A DNA stretch of 63,427 nt, filler included, from Phoronis australis (Eukaryota > Animalia > Phoronida), in NCBI GenBank assembly GCA_002633005.1. It is 4 parts of 4 records of this genome, joined end to end, with 100 filler letters (N's around TTAATTAATTAA, not from the genome) between each part and the next. Parts side by side here need not be neighbours in the genome. Positions count along the whole stretch, not along the records: positions 13,258 to 36,797 come from NMRA01001132.1; 3 more parts are not named here. One strand, 5' to 3'. Below, one piece after another: positions 22,501 to 32,993 of this stretch. A model generated the notes under the pieces. It was given only the letters and a program-made list of their open reading frames with translations. It had not been told where the DNA came from and made no database searches. Made by a program: the position numbers and the translations under genes. Each line of letters opens with the position of its first letter. Position 1 is the stretch's first letter.

Positions 22501-25409
22501 AGAATGTGAAATCCACTTTTCATCAACTTGGATAAATGCCAGTGAAAACCAAAAATACATAGAGGACTGTAGGCTTACACAGTTATACAATTTCACCAGT
22601 TCTAGAGAGTTATTGCTGAAAATCGTTTCACATTCCAATCTGGCGAAAGCAAAAGAAAGAGGGTGTTCATATTAGTTGAAATAGCAACTGTGGATCACGT
22701 GATGGCACGTGATGAGCTCGAAACACGTCGCTACCATCTTGATCAGAAAGGTGCTGGAATGATAGCAGATTTCATCTTGACTTCTAAAAACTCGAACTTA
22801 TGTGTCACTGTTGTCATACTGTTGTACAAAGAATTGATTGTGTAACACTCCTCACCTCATTTCACGTTATTTTGGTTCAAATTTGGTATGAATTGATTCC
22901 TTCATTTTGCTCTTCCAATCTGATGTTTCTCTTTTTATTACAAAAGTTCTACCCCACTCAGTTATAAGTCTTTTCTTTTCGGTAAGACAGCCGCGAAAAG
23001 ACTCAAGTATAAACCCGTAGTAGGGAGTTGCGAGATTTATCCTTTTTGCAACGGCCTAATTACAGTGACACGCAAAATCCACAGATAAAGACACCAGCAA
23101 CGATTGGTTGTCAAAATACCGAAGTTATGTTTGAATTTTTGGAGGGAAAATGGAATCTGCCTTCCACATCGTTATTAATTTTCATTCAACAGCTATTGGG
23201 CGGTGACTCTAATGTCGATTTTACTTCACGAGTGGGACTTGGTTGGTACTCACAACAAGTGTTCACTATGAAGCGACGATTGGAATGACGCCATATTCCA
23301 TTAGCCCTAATGCTGAAGTCGGAGAGGCTCTGGTGGTAAAGGAACAGTTCGCACTTAGCTTGTCGTCCGTAATTATACCGACCTTGTTTTGCTTTCCAGT
23401 AACCTGCAAACAAACTCTTCATATTACAATGCGATTTTTACGCATTTCCGACTGGTTTCAAGATTTGTTTCCTTCATAATGGATGATTTTTGAAGTAGCT
23501 AAATCATGATACCGAAATTCACTATCAGATCTTTGGTGGGCAGGCGTTCAGCGCCACCTACTAATCCCACATAATGCGGACACGACTTTCTGGACATAAA
23601 TAACGTTTCAAAACTTTTGCGGATACCATAATGCCGGCACATTTCCATTGCTGTGCGGTGGGGTATACTTATGGCTTACGGAACAAAATAATAACCATGG
23701 ATGAAGGACATCATGTTTCATACATTTGCCAATGCTGCATAGTCAGTAGCTGCGATTGATAAAGCGGGAGAATTTCGATCCCAGCCAATGTCAAGCAGCT
23801 AAAACAAATTAGTGTACTTAATCTAATTAAACAATCGGAGGGACTGTTCTTAAATTAATGAACTACTGTGCGATAATTGAATTTTTGCCCACCAAAGCTA
23901 TAGTCGGGATCAAGCCACACCACTGAGCGAATTTCCTCCGTAATCCTGGCGGAGGTAGGGTCAGACCCTTGCCCAACTTTCTGTAGATCAACGTATCGAA
24001 AATGTCCATGCTAACTTGATTCAAGTGTGAATTTCGCGATATCATCTTGAACTAATTAGATTTGTGTCAGCATAAGCGCCAAGGTGTAGCTATCTCATGT
24101 GCCAAGGTGTAGCTATCATTGTCTTAGTTACAAATGTGCCAACTTTCGCCACAACTTTATTAACGTCTCCTCAAACTATACATGTGGTGACCACCAACCT
24201 CACCATCATATTTTCTTCAAATCTACCCCCCCCNGTGACCAATTAATTGAAATGCTCTAATTTTTTGTAAAAATATGTCAAGTAAATTCACACTATCATT
24301 AAATGGTAGTCGAAAATTTCACCTTTTTCTCAATGAATTCCCCTTAGGTAGTGTTAGTAAATTTTATGTGTCGCCTATAAATCTCGTTGCTTCCGATTTT
24401 CATATCTTTACAATCCTTTTTTTTTTCTTTTTTACATATTTTTGTAATAGCATATATGACTATTTGAAGCTTCCTATTAGATGCTAATTTGATTGGCTCT
24501 CAGTATTAACATTTTAAAGTGTACATACGCTGATGTGTATTGCAACGGAAGGCAAAGCAGTTGTTCCTGACGCACTCTTTTGTGCATCCTCTCATACATT
24601 TCGACACGGCCATGTCTTTAGTGGAGGTTGGATTCGGCAGGCTTGCCTTTGGCACCATCCTTCGCCAGCACCTGTCGCGCTCTGTAGAAGTCCCAAGTAT
24701 ACCAATTAAAGGTGTGCTCTTTGCACGTGCAAAATACAGCCAATGAATTAGTTTGGCACTGAAACCAAATATCCGCTGCAGTCACTCATTAAGCCTTAGT
24801 ATTCAACACATGTTCAAATGCAAAAAATGCTGGAGGTAAGCTAAAGCCTTGAAATGAGTTTCAAGAACCAAGAGCATAACACCGTTGTGCTTCTTGAACC
24901 AAGAGCATAACACCGTTGTGCTTCTATTGCAAGGCCGGTGGTTCCAACTCTGTCCATCACGGCAGAATAATTTGAATACATAGGAAGGTGACATTTAATG
25001 TGGTTCGTGGAATGCATAGTTAGCCAATGTACTAGTTTTGTAGACTCGCTTTCTCAAATATTTCATGATGTTCCTCTCAATTTCTAAAAAAAATCTTATT
25101 TGGAGAGACTATGACTCTAATAAAGGAATTGCATTGAATTGGATAAAAGTTTGGTTGAAGGCGTTGTTGTAAAATAAATTGTCGCACACGATTTATATGT
25201 TTGCGTGTGTGCGTGTGCGTGTGTGCGTGTGTTGATTATGATAAAATATGTCACATCACGCGTTTGGATTGACAGGACGACTACAAGTCTCTAGCGTTAA
25301 CAATAAACTGCAATATACGCATTTAATTATACTTACTTCTGTGAGCTGTGGTTGACGTCGACAGGTACAGAATACACAAAGTAACCAACACTAGGCGGTA
25401 CATTTTCAT
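16339..25409 (-). CDS. Secreted protein: signal peptide + PAN/apple-like + 3 EGF-like + unknown C-terminal domain (8 coding exons, ~400 aa)
   Basis: Exons 25409-25337, 24681-24529, 23403-23254, 21849-21718, 20961-20836, 19360-19235, 18400-18195 and 16575-16339 all have AG/GT boundaries. Phases chain 1-1-1-1-1-1-0 and total 1203 nt with no internal stop. Confidence 0.88.
17923..18112 (+). repeat. Perfect 38-bp tandem repeat x5 (TGGCATCCCCGCATTTAATTTATAGAAAACGTTGGTCC)
   Basis: Identical adjacent units at 17923, 17961, 17999, 18037 and 18075; intronic. Confidence 0.95.
18195..18400 (-). CDS. PAN-EGF gene exon 7 (VNVEPVCSLTID...KLTFQE)
   Basis: tttctag acceptor, GAA|gtaagt donor, phase 1-0. Confidence 0.82.
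18736..18919 (+). repeat. 18-bp minisatellite, ~10 copies (GACTACAGCTCTGGCCAT)
   Basis: Tandem units, preceded by a 35-bp direct duplication (18639-18673 / 18701-18735). Confidence 0.92.
19235..19360 (-). CDS. PAN-EGF gene exon 6, EGF-like (VDPCDSAPCASKANSECVSNGSTFECKCVEGYEKDANDECQQ)
   Basis: 6-Cys EGF spacing, phase 1-1. It is absent from the ORF track and duplicates exon 5. Confidence 0.85.
19434..19579. mobile_element. 146-bp MITE with CATGGGCGGCGC TIRs and a 5-bp TSD
   Basis: AAAAT is duplicated at 19429-19433 and 19580-19584. The element is absent from the paralogous duplicated intron near 21030. Confidence 0.75.
20836..20961 (-). CDS. PAN-EGF gene exon 5, EGF-like
   Basis: VDPCDSAPCASKANSECVSSGSTFECKCVEGYEKDANDECQQ; tttcag / gtaatg boundaries. 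Confidence 0.88.
21718..21849 (-). CDS. PAN-EGF gene exon 4, EGF-like
   Basis: FKPCDNNPCASQENTECYVNADTSTYECRCSEGYEKKEDGTCQL; phase 1-1. Confidence 0.88.
   Translation of the reverse strand, partial: SNHVTTIRAPVKRTQSVTSTQTHQRTNVGAAKGTRRKKTARAS
23254..23403 (-). CDS. PAN-EGF gene exon 3 (second half of the PAN-like domain)
   Basis: RYWKAKQGRYNYGRQAKCELFLY...FIVNTC; tttgcag / gtgagt boundaries, phase 1-1. Confidence 0.78.
24529..24681 (-). CDS. PAN-EGF gene exon 2 (first half of the PAN-like domain)
   Basis: KRDRCWRRMVPKASLPNPTSTKDMAVSKCMRGCTKECVRNNCFAFRCNTHQ; ctacag / gtatgt boundaries, phase 1-1. Confidence 0.78.
25337..25409 (-). CDS. PAN-EGF gene exon 1, signal peptide (MKMYRLVLVTLCILYLSTSTTAHR)
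   Basis: Basic N-terminus, hydrophobic core and small-residue cleavage site; gtaagt donor, phase 1. Confidence 0.82.
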
Positions 25410-26578
25410 ACTGAAAAATGAAACTGCCCTGAATTTTCATAGTGCCACGTTTATTTCTGTCAATAGGCGGCACATCATCGGCGTATTGCAGGTAAGGTTG
25501 CGCTGAACAGTTACGCTGCTGCCGCGGTCAATTTGCAATGCCAAAATATTAAAATCTAGGGATAGACCACGGGCTTAGGGGTAGTTTTTTAAGTAGGTGT
25601 TGCATGCACGCTGAATGAATGCGGTTTGTATGTGTGAACATGCTGGGAATGCGACCAATCACTTGCTCGGATGTAGCTGCCCACTTCTGCAAGATGGTGG
25701 CCACCTGTTGCATTGAGCATTGCTCTGTAGCGACTGAGAAATTGGCTGTGATTTCAGGTAGCCCTCAAACAAGTCAGAATTGCAAACAATAGGTTGTTGG
25801 CAGTACTTTTAGAACACACTTTTAAAATCTGTAGAAAATTTGTTTTCAGAATATAATGCAGGGCCCGGTAAGTGATGGTTTTGGGTTGAAAGCTGACGAT
25901 TTTGTGTTTTGCCCATTTTTTCTTAGCCTACCTTGCTTTTCAGTAGGAGTGAAAGGGCCAAACATCACTAGACACAATAAAGCCTGCTCTGTGCCTCCTA
26001 AGCCATATTGTAGTAAATAGAAACCGTACAGAAGGAAGCAAATCTCACCACAAAAGAGGGACGTATCTGATTGTCAACGTCTCGCGTACTTGCATACTTC
26101 TCCATTGCACAAACCCGCTATATATTGTCTTTTACAAAAGAAATGTGAATCTTAGAATGTGGGGAATATTCGGATATGAAGTTCTTGAACATAACTACGT
26201 CACATTTGGAGATACGGCTCGGCATGCCATATAAGTCATATTAATCAACGAAGCCCTTGACAGGACTACCACACGTTTAGGCCTTCCAACATCAGTTGCG
26301 CACGCATCACACATCGGGCTGCTCTTAGAGTCTTGTGTCTCGTGGCTAATGCTTCTCTATATGTCGGGCTAAGCTAAACTGGCCTGCTACAATCATGTTT
26401 AATGTCCAACCCCTCAAAACTCATGCATTTTAAACTTCTGCTTTGATCATGTCACCCTATCAAATCACTTTTTCGAGTGGCGCATAAAATTGTGAAATCT
26501 GTCAGCCAAACATATATAAGCCTTTTCCAAATCAATGATGATCAACAAGACCTTCCTATGCCCATAAATAGCAAATGC

Positions 26579-26646
26579 ATATATAATATTGGTCCATATA
26601 TAATGTTGGTCCATATATAATATTGGTCCGTATATAATATTGGTCT
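26579..26646 (+). repeat. 17-bp tandem repeat x4 (ATATATAATATTGGTCC)
   Basis: Read directly from the sequence. Confidence 0.85.
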
Positions 26647-26880
26647 ATACACGCACCTGGAAATCCGAATTGCAGTAATGTCAAACAATGTCAAATGAAG
26701 TGGTTGTTATTTCGGTTGATAATCTCGTGAAAAGTAAACCACTATAATTGGGGCTTTTAAGCTTTACTGATAAAGCACATGAACTAAATTCAATCAATGC
26801 ATACTTAAACCTGATCATAAAGTACTTTTAAAAATGGTTTATGTGGTTATGCTAGGTTTTAGCGTCTAATTGCTCTTAAT

Positions 26881-26944
26881 ACTCACCGGTCTTGCTGTCC
26901 AACACAAAACATGACCTTAGACTGGTCTGTTCACTCTTTTTATA
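26881..26944 (-). promoter_or_regulatory. TATA box and short non-coding first exon of the PAN-EGF gene
   Basis: TATAAAAA at 26944-26937 and a CCG|GTGAGT donor at 26887/26886. The ATG exon has an acceptor 1 nt upstream of the ATG, which implies an upstream exon. Confidence 0.6.
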
Positions 26945-27371
26945 CAAGTCGACTGATAAATTAATTCATTCATAATATTTATATTCAATTAAGCGAATAG
27001 ATTGCCGCCAATGCTTACGTTTCACACCCTTTATTGAATAATAGTGAAGAGACTAGAGTATTTATTATTACCATCTGTGTAGATGGAGAGACGACACGCA
27101 GATGTTCCTCGTAGTTTTGTGATGTAAAGTACTCGACTATTTGTGCAGTGTAAAAAGATCGAGTCACAATGAATCATTTTATTATCGTGCTCACTTCAGC
27201 TGCTTGTTATTTTCATTATACTTCTGCTTCCATAAGATTGTCATTGCCAACATCAACATTGTAGCTCAAACTGAACTGATTGACAAGTTCATTTCAGTTG
27301 CTTGATTATCGTTGGCTCATTTAATGACGTCATGAACTGAGTTAAACTTTGTTTTCCACATGTGTCACTAA

Positions 27372-28503
27372 CAGCCGATTTCATAAAGGTGGTTTAACAA
27401 AACCGGGTTTAAGAATTAAATCTGGTCTTCCTAAACCTGCTCTAATTTTAGACCTGACTTGCATTTCACCAACGTGGTTTAAAAGTCTAAAAGCCTGGTT
27501 TTGTTAAACCAGGGAGCGGGTTTAGTAAAACCAGGTTTACAGTAAACCAAGCCACCGTACTTTGTCGATCTGGATTAACCCAACAAAGAAGTTGTTGAAG
27601 TGCTTTAATGAAACCTTGATCACGTGGGTATACAATGGCACACATTAGTAGAATCAGTACAGGCATTTGCGAAAAAGGTCTAAAAGCTTTTCTCATAAGG
27701 AAAATGTAAATATCTGTGCCCAACACTCGTACACACATTATAGTACATGCTCACGATTTGCCGTAACATGATAAATGCCCAAATTTATTTCCGTGTCATT
27801 TTAGTGTTTATTTTTTGCGGCCAGTGGGGGGTGAGGGCAAGACCCCTTCCCGGCAACGTTAAATCAGGGACCAGTGGAGGTGGAACTCAGTCAGAAGAAT
27901 CAGGGGATGCTGCTTTCAGTCAAACCCATAGCGCTTACGACGATGACGCCCTGCTCGACCAGTCGTATTCTGAGGTCCCGAAGGACGCTCTCTAGCACGT
28001 ACTGGTCTACGCATAGACGGATCTAAAGCTGTCAAGGGATTTGGACACCCTTTTATCCTTGATTTTAGTGATATCCAATCTATAATTTTTCAAATTTTTT
28101 ACTTGGTCCCCCTTTTAAAAATCCTAGATCCGCTCTTGCTACGTTTAATCTCGTGTCGTCGTGAAACTGAATACTGAAAACAGCCTGCGTCGTAAATGCA
28201 CATCGCAGCACCATTCAGTTGCACCTATATCATGCAAGTCTGACATATTCAACAGTATTAAACCTGGGTCTGACCAAATTTAAAGATAAATCTGGTTTAA
28301 GATCTTAATGCAGGTCCAAGGAATATATACCTCGTTGGTGAAATGAAAACTTAGACCAGGACTAAACTGGCGTTAAACCAGGTTTTACTAAACCGCTGGT
28401 TTAAAAGTTAAACCACCTTCATGAAATGCAGATTATCTTTAAATGTGGTCTAAGTCCAGTTTAAACCGGGTTGAACTTTAAACCACCTTTATGAAATCGG
28501 TTG
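27372..28503. mobile_element. Non-autonomous PIF/Harbinger-like element
   Basis: 26-bp TIRs CAGCCGATTTCATAAAGGTGGTTTAA / TTAAACCACCTTTATGAAATCGGTTG. Subterminal AAACC..GGTTT palindromes; flanks TAA/CAA. Confidence 0.7.
28012..28138. mobile_element. Nested 127-bp MITE with a 5-bp TSD
   Basis: CATAGACGGATCTA...TAGATCCGCTCTTG; CTACG is duplicated at 28007-28011 and 28139-28143. Confidence 0.65.
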
Positions 28504-29564
28504 CAAGTGGCTTCATGAACTGAGCTTGAGAAATACAAAGTGTAGAGCGCTTATTCTTAGTGCAGTTTTGATGACATGGGTCTGTTGACTGTGACGTCAC
28601 AGTCTCACTATAACGGTGAACCAATACAGGGAAATTATTTTGAGTTGGAGTTGAAGTCCAACTCAGTTGAAGTTTGGGGATAAGATTTGAACCCCTAAAC
28701 GTCAAATCCAAGACAACTAACTTTCCGTTCTATGACACAGCGTGAAGAGCACAATATTCAATTCTGATCATGACATATTCCAAAAACGAACTTGGGTTAC
28801 AAAGAATTTAATGTTATTATAAATTGATCGTTCTCAGTTTAAGATTCTGCAATTTTCATTAATACCCCAGGCCGATGGACAATAAACAGTCAACTTAATC
28901 AAAGCCTTAATTTTTTTATTGTAAACATTAATTAACAAATATTTGATGTGACACGTATTACAAAATCAACAAGAAACTAATGCATTTTTGTGACCTATGT
29001 ATTCAGAAAATCAAACCGATGTGTAAATTGTTGGCTTCAGAAACCGGAAATCCACGTATTACAATACGGGAGTGAGCGGCAATGTTCGAACAGTTAACGT
29101 CCGTCAGGTTTTATGTCATTTAAGAACAATACTTAGTTTTCACTGAAAATCAATTTCGCCTCTGAAATAACATTCAACATAAAGTTTAGCACGGACAGCC
29201 AAATCACCATGTTGAAAAGTTTAAGATGAACAGCCAACTATCGATAAACTGTGAGAACAGGGATTGCACGTCACCGGTCAAATCAATTTCAAACCAGTCC
29301 AGTGGCGGATTTAGGGGGGCCAAGGGGGCCATGGCCCCCCTAAAATTCTACCAGATCCCATTTGTGAGTTCAGGTGCGAACTGCCGACTAGCACATGCGC
29401 GCAACCAGGGGGGCTCGTGGGGTGAATAAACAACGCATAGGCCCTGAATATACCCCGCTTACCTTTTTTTTAGTCAACAGGTCCGCAAACCCAAGAATTC
29501 AAGACTCTTGCATCCCCAGATTTTAGGCTGGGCACGCGCATCTGTCGAAATGCTGCTTATTCCT

Positions 29565-29843
29565 NNNNNNNNNNNNNNNNNNNNNNNNNNNNNNNNNNNN
29601 NNNNNNNNNNNNNNNNNNNNNNNNNNNNNNNNNNNNNNNNNNNNNNNNNNNNNNNNNNNNNNNNNNNNNNNNNNNNNNNNNNNNNNNNNNNNNNNNNNNN
29701 NNNNNNNNNNNNNNNNNNNNNNNNNNNNNNNNNNNNNNNNNNNNNNNNNNNNNNNNNNNNNNNNNNNNNNNNNNNNNNNNNNNNNNNNNNNNNNNNNNNN
29801 NNNNNNNNNNNNNNNNNNNNNNNNNNNNNNNNNNNNNNNNNNN
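29565..29843. other. Assembly gap (N run)
   Basis: Run of N. Confidence 0.99.
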
Positions 29844-29848
29844 ACCAG

Positions 29849-30249
29849 GGCCCGGTCTCTAATCTTTGTACTCGAAACGAACTCGAAACTATTTTTGGCA
29901 ATTTCTCTGCTCCTTTTGTGCGAACTTAAGATAATTGGTTATCAGACTGTGCTCGAATACATTATAGTTAATGCATAGGAGTTTCTAGTTCAAGTTTGCC
30001 CTTGAAGACCCTTATATTCGTGCTACAATCTCGAGTAAAAACTCGAAATTTCGAGTTCAAACTCGAACTTATTGCTTTAATATTGGGTTTACAAACTGTG
30101 AACTAAGGGCAATAAATTATCTACGTAAGTTATTGTATACTCGAGCATAGAATAATAGACACTTATCTTGAGTTCGCCCAAAAGTAGAGTAGAAAATGCC
30201 AAACCTAATTTCGAGTTCCATTTCGAGTAAAAAGATTGGAGACCGGGCC
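29849..30249. mobile_element. Harbinger-type MITE
   Basis: TIRs GGCCCGGTCTC(T/C)AATCTTT, CAG 3-bp TSD (29846-29848, 30250-30252), internal ACTCGA/TCGAGT repeats. Confidence 0.8.
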
Positions 30250-31602
30250 CAGGTGACGAGATCGTCTCGTTCAGGAATCAGTTCGCTGGAACTACCGAAC
30301 AAGAAGTTAAGGAAATCGACGACATTTGGTGATTTTTCTCCGTAATAGTTAGGAAGAGACAATTTAAAGAAATGGAAGCAGAAAGTTACAGAAAGCAGAT
30401 ATGATCACTCAGTTTTGCTTTACAAGCTAATTCCATGCTTTTTCGTTTAAAGAAACGCCGCGTGTGTTCCAGGTAGCAATAATCTAACTTGATCTCAGTA
30501 AGATAATGTGTTACAATCGGAGTAGAGAAGTCCTTTTTTATTCCTTGTTACAAAATTATAGTACAATGGGTAACTGGGACTTCTCCCAATTTCCGTAACC
30601 ACTAGCACCTGCTGGGATGAACCCAGATCACGTGACAGGCGAGGATGGTACTTCTAAGATAACCGTACCCAGTGAACTATTTATTCAACTGATACATTGT
30701 ACGAGTTAGAAAAGGTTTTAAGATTGAAGCTCGGTGTAGAGGAGCGGAGGATTATCAGTACGCAGGTGGGGTATCAGCGGGTCATGAGCAACATGCGATG
30801 GTTTGTCTTGAATGTTTCTGTGGAATATTTATGAACATCATGTATACTTAATCTATCGTATGCAAACAGCGTCAAAACACTAGGTATATGTGCAACGTAT
30901 TTTTTCTTTCCGTATACAGTTGTAGAAAGGCGCAAATGCACAGCTTTAAATTGTCAGATTCATGTTTCCTTACCGCATGTGACGGCTCCGTACAGTGCCT
31001 ACACAACTCCAGGTCGTCAGTCTGCTGTGGAGTTGTTTTTTCTCAGATCCGCTTATGACTCTGTATGTTGTTGGTGCTAACTCTCTGTGAAATGGCAAGT
31101 AATCTGTAGTCATTGTCATCTGAACTGTGTGAGTTAAAGTTGCATTTCGTCTTGTTTAGATGACTAAAAAGGGAAAATCGAATAAGGAATTTTACTGTCA
31201 TAAAAATTGGTGACATGATATTCCTTACCACGACTCTATTTTAGTTACAAGAGCATCGAAACCGTTAGCGACTCAAGAAACGTTTTAGAATTTATTGGTG
31301 TTGGTCAACCTTGAAATTGCGATTTAAAAAGTACCGCCTGTACACTCGAGTTGTCGGCTTATTCGACTATAATTCAAAAGTTTTTGAGCGTTGTAATTTA
31401 TTTAATTCATAAAGGCCTTGATTAGTATTTCAATGTTAACTGCATGAGAAAAAAAATTAAATTGTTCATTTTATTCAATTATTCATTAAGTCTGCTTCAA
31501 TGGCAGTTACACTGAAAAAGTGGAAAACCAGAAAAAGATAAACTGTGTAAAAATTCATAAAAAATAATGGTTACCGTCAATCATCCGTCATTGTTTACAT
31601 TT

Positions 31603-32034
31603 TTACGCCATTACTTAGGGACCTAGTGTGAATGTCTAGATTTGTACGTCATAACTCAAGGACCCTGTGTGAATGTTTACAGATGTACTACATAACAAAA
31701 TGACACAGTGTGAATGTCTAGATTTGTACGACATAACACAGGGACCAAGTGTGAATATTTGCATTTGTACGTCATAACTTAGGGACCCAGTGCGAATGTC
31801 TGCATTTGTACGTTATAACTCAGGACCTAGCCTGAATGTCTACATGTGTGCATCGCATAACTCAGGTGAATGTCTAAATTTGCAGCACATAGCTCAGGGA
31901 CCCAGTAAGAATATCTACGTTTGTATCGTACACCTCAGGACCCCAGCGTGAATGCTTATTGAGCATGACATTACTCAGTGGCCGAGTGTGAATGCTTAGT
32001 GCGCATGACATTACTCAGTGGCCGAGTGTGAATG
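31603..32034 (+). repeat. Diverged ~41-bp minisatellite, ~11 copies (TACGTCATAACTCAGGGACCCAGTGTGAATGTCTAGATTTG)
   Basis: Head-to-tail units that become more diverged toward the right. Confidence 0.85.
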
Positions 32035-32993
32035 GGAAGCAGGGGAGAACACTAAGAAAGTGACATTACTCGTAACACTTATACATTCGTTTGTCTTTGG
32101 CCATGATTAAATAACACTGATAGTAGAACTGGGATTATGGACGTTTGGGTGTGATGTGCATGGTCAACAAGTGATTCCATGCAGAAAATAGTTGTTTTAT
32201 CGTGTGAGCCTTGACAGCACTATAGAACTGAGATAAAATCAAGACATACTGTCTCAACCGATTAGCAAAGCACTCAATTGGACTATACGAGACGTGAAGG
32301 AAAGTCAAGCTTAGTCTGTGCTGGACACTTGTTGCGACTGCGTTCATATATTGCTGATATCATATATCAAGTTTTTGATTAAATGAAACTGACGAATGGT
32401 GTTTGAAAAAAATAAAATATGAGATTAAAAGTGATTGGTGTGTGATTGGTGTATATACCAAAGATAAGACCACAATACCAGAAATCTCTTTTTAACCACC
32501 TAAACTTTCTGCGAAACTTCTTGTATTTACAATTTACGACATAGCCATGCTTCTAAGGGCGCTCATTACGGAACCGAGATACGTTGTGTTATAACTACTT
32601 TAAGACAACGGAACTAGCCCTACTAGAAAGATTTGGAATTTAAATCGCATCTTTTACTGCCGGCATCATATCTTACTTGGCATTTCTGTGCATTGAACTG
32701 TGTATTATTTTACATATAGACCTTCACTACCATGTTTGTACATTGTATCTCACCATTGTTTATAACCTCCATTACCATATATATACAGTATTTACACAGT
32801 AGGAATTTTAAAATAAGCGCATCGGTTTATTGTCTATTCTCAAGACACTGCAGCTCACCATTTTTCATAACGTCCACTGCCGTGTATATAGAGTAGTTAC
32901 CCTGTATCTCACCACCGTTTAAAAACATCAAGTTACCTGCTGTGTCATTCGTGGGCAAGAATTCAATGTAGTTTTTCTCAATGTCTTCTAGAT

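Noticed and set aside
29508-29978. ORFs spanning N runs
   Set aside because: Artefacts of translating gaps.
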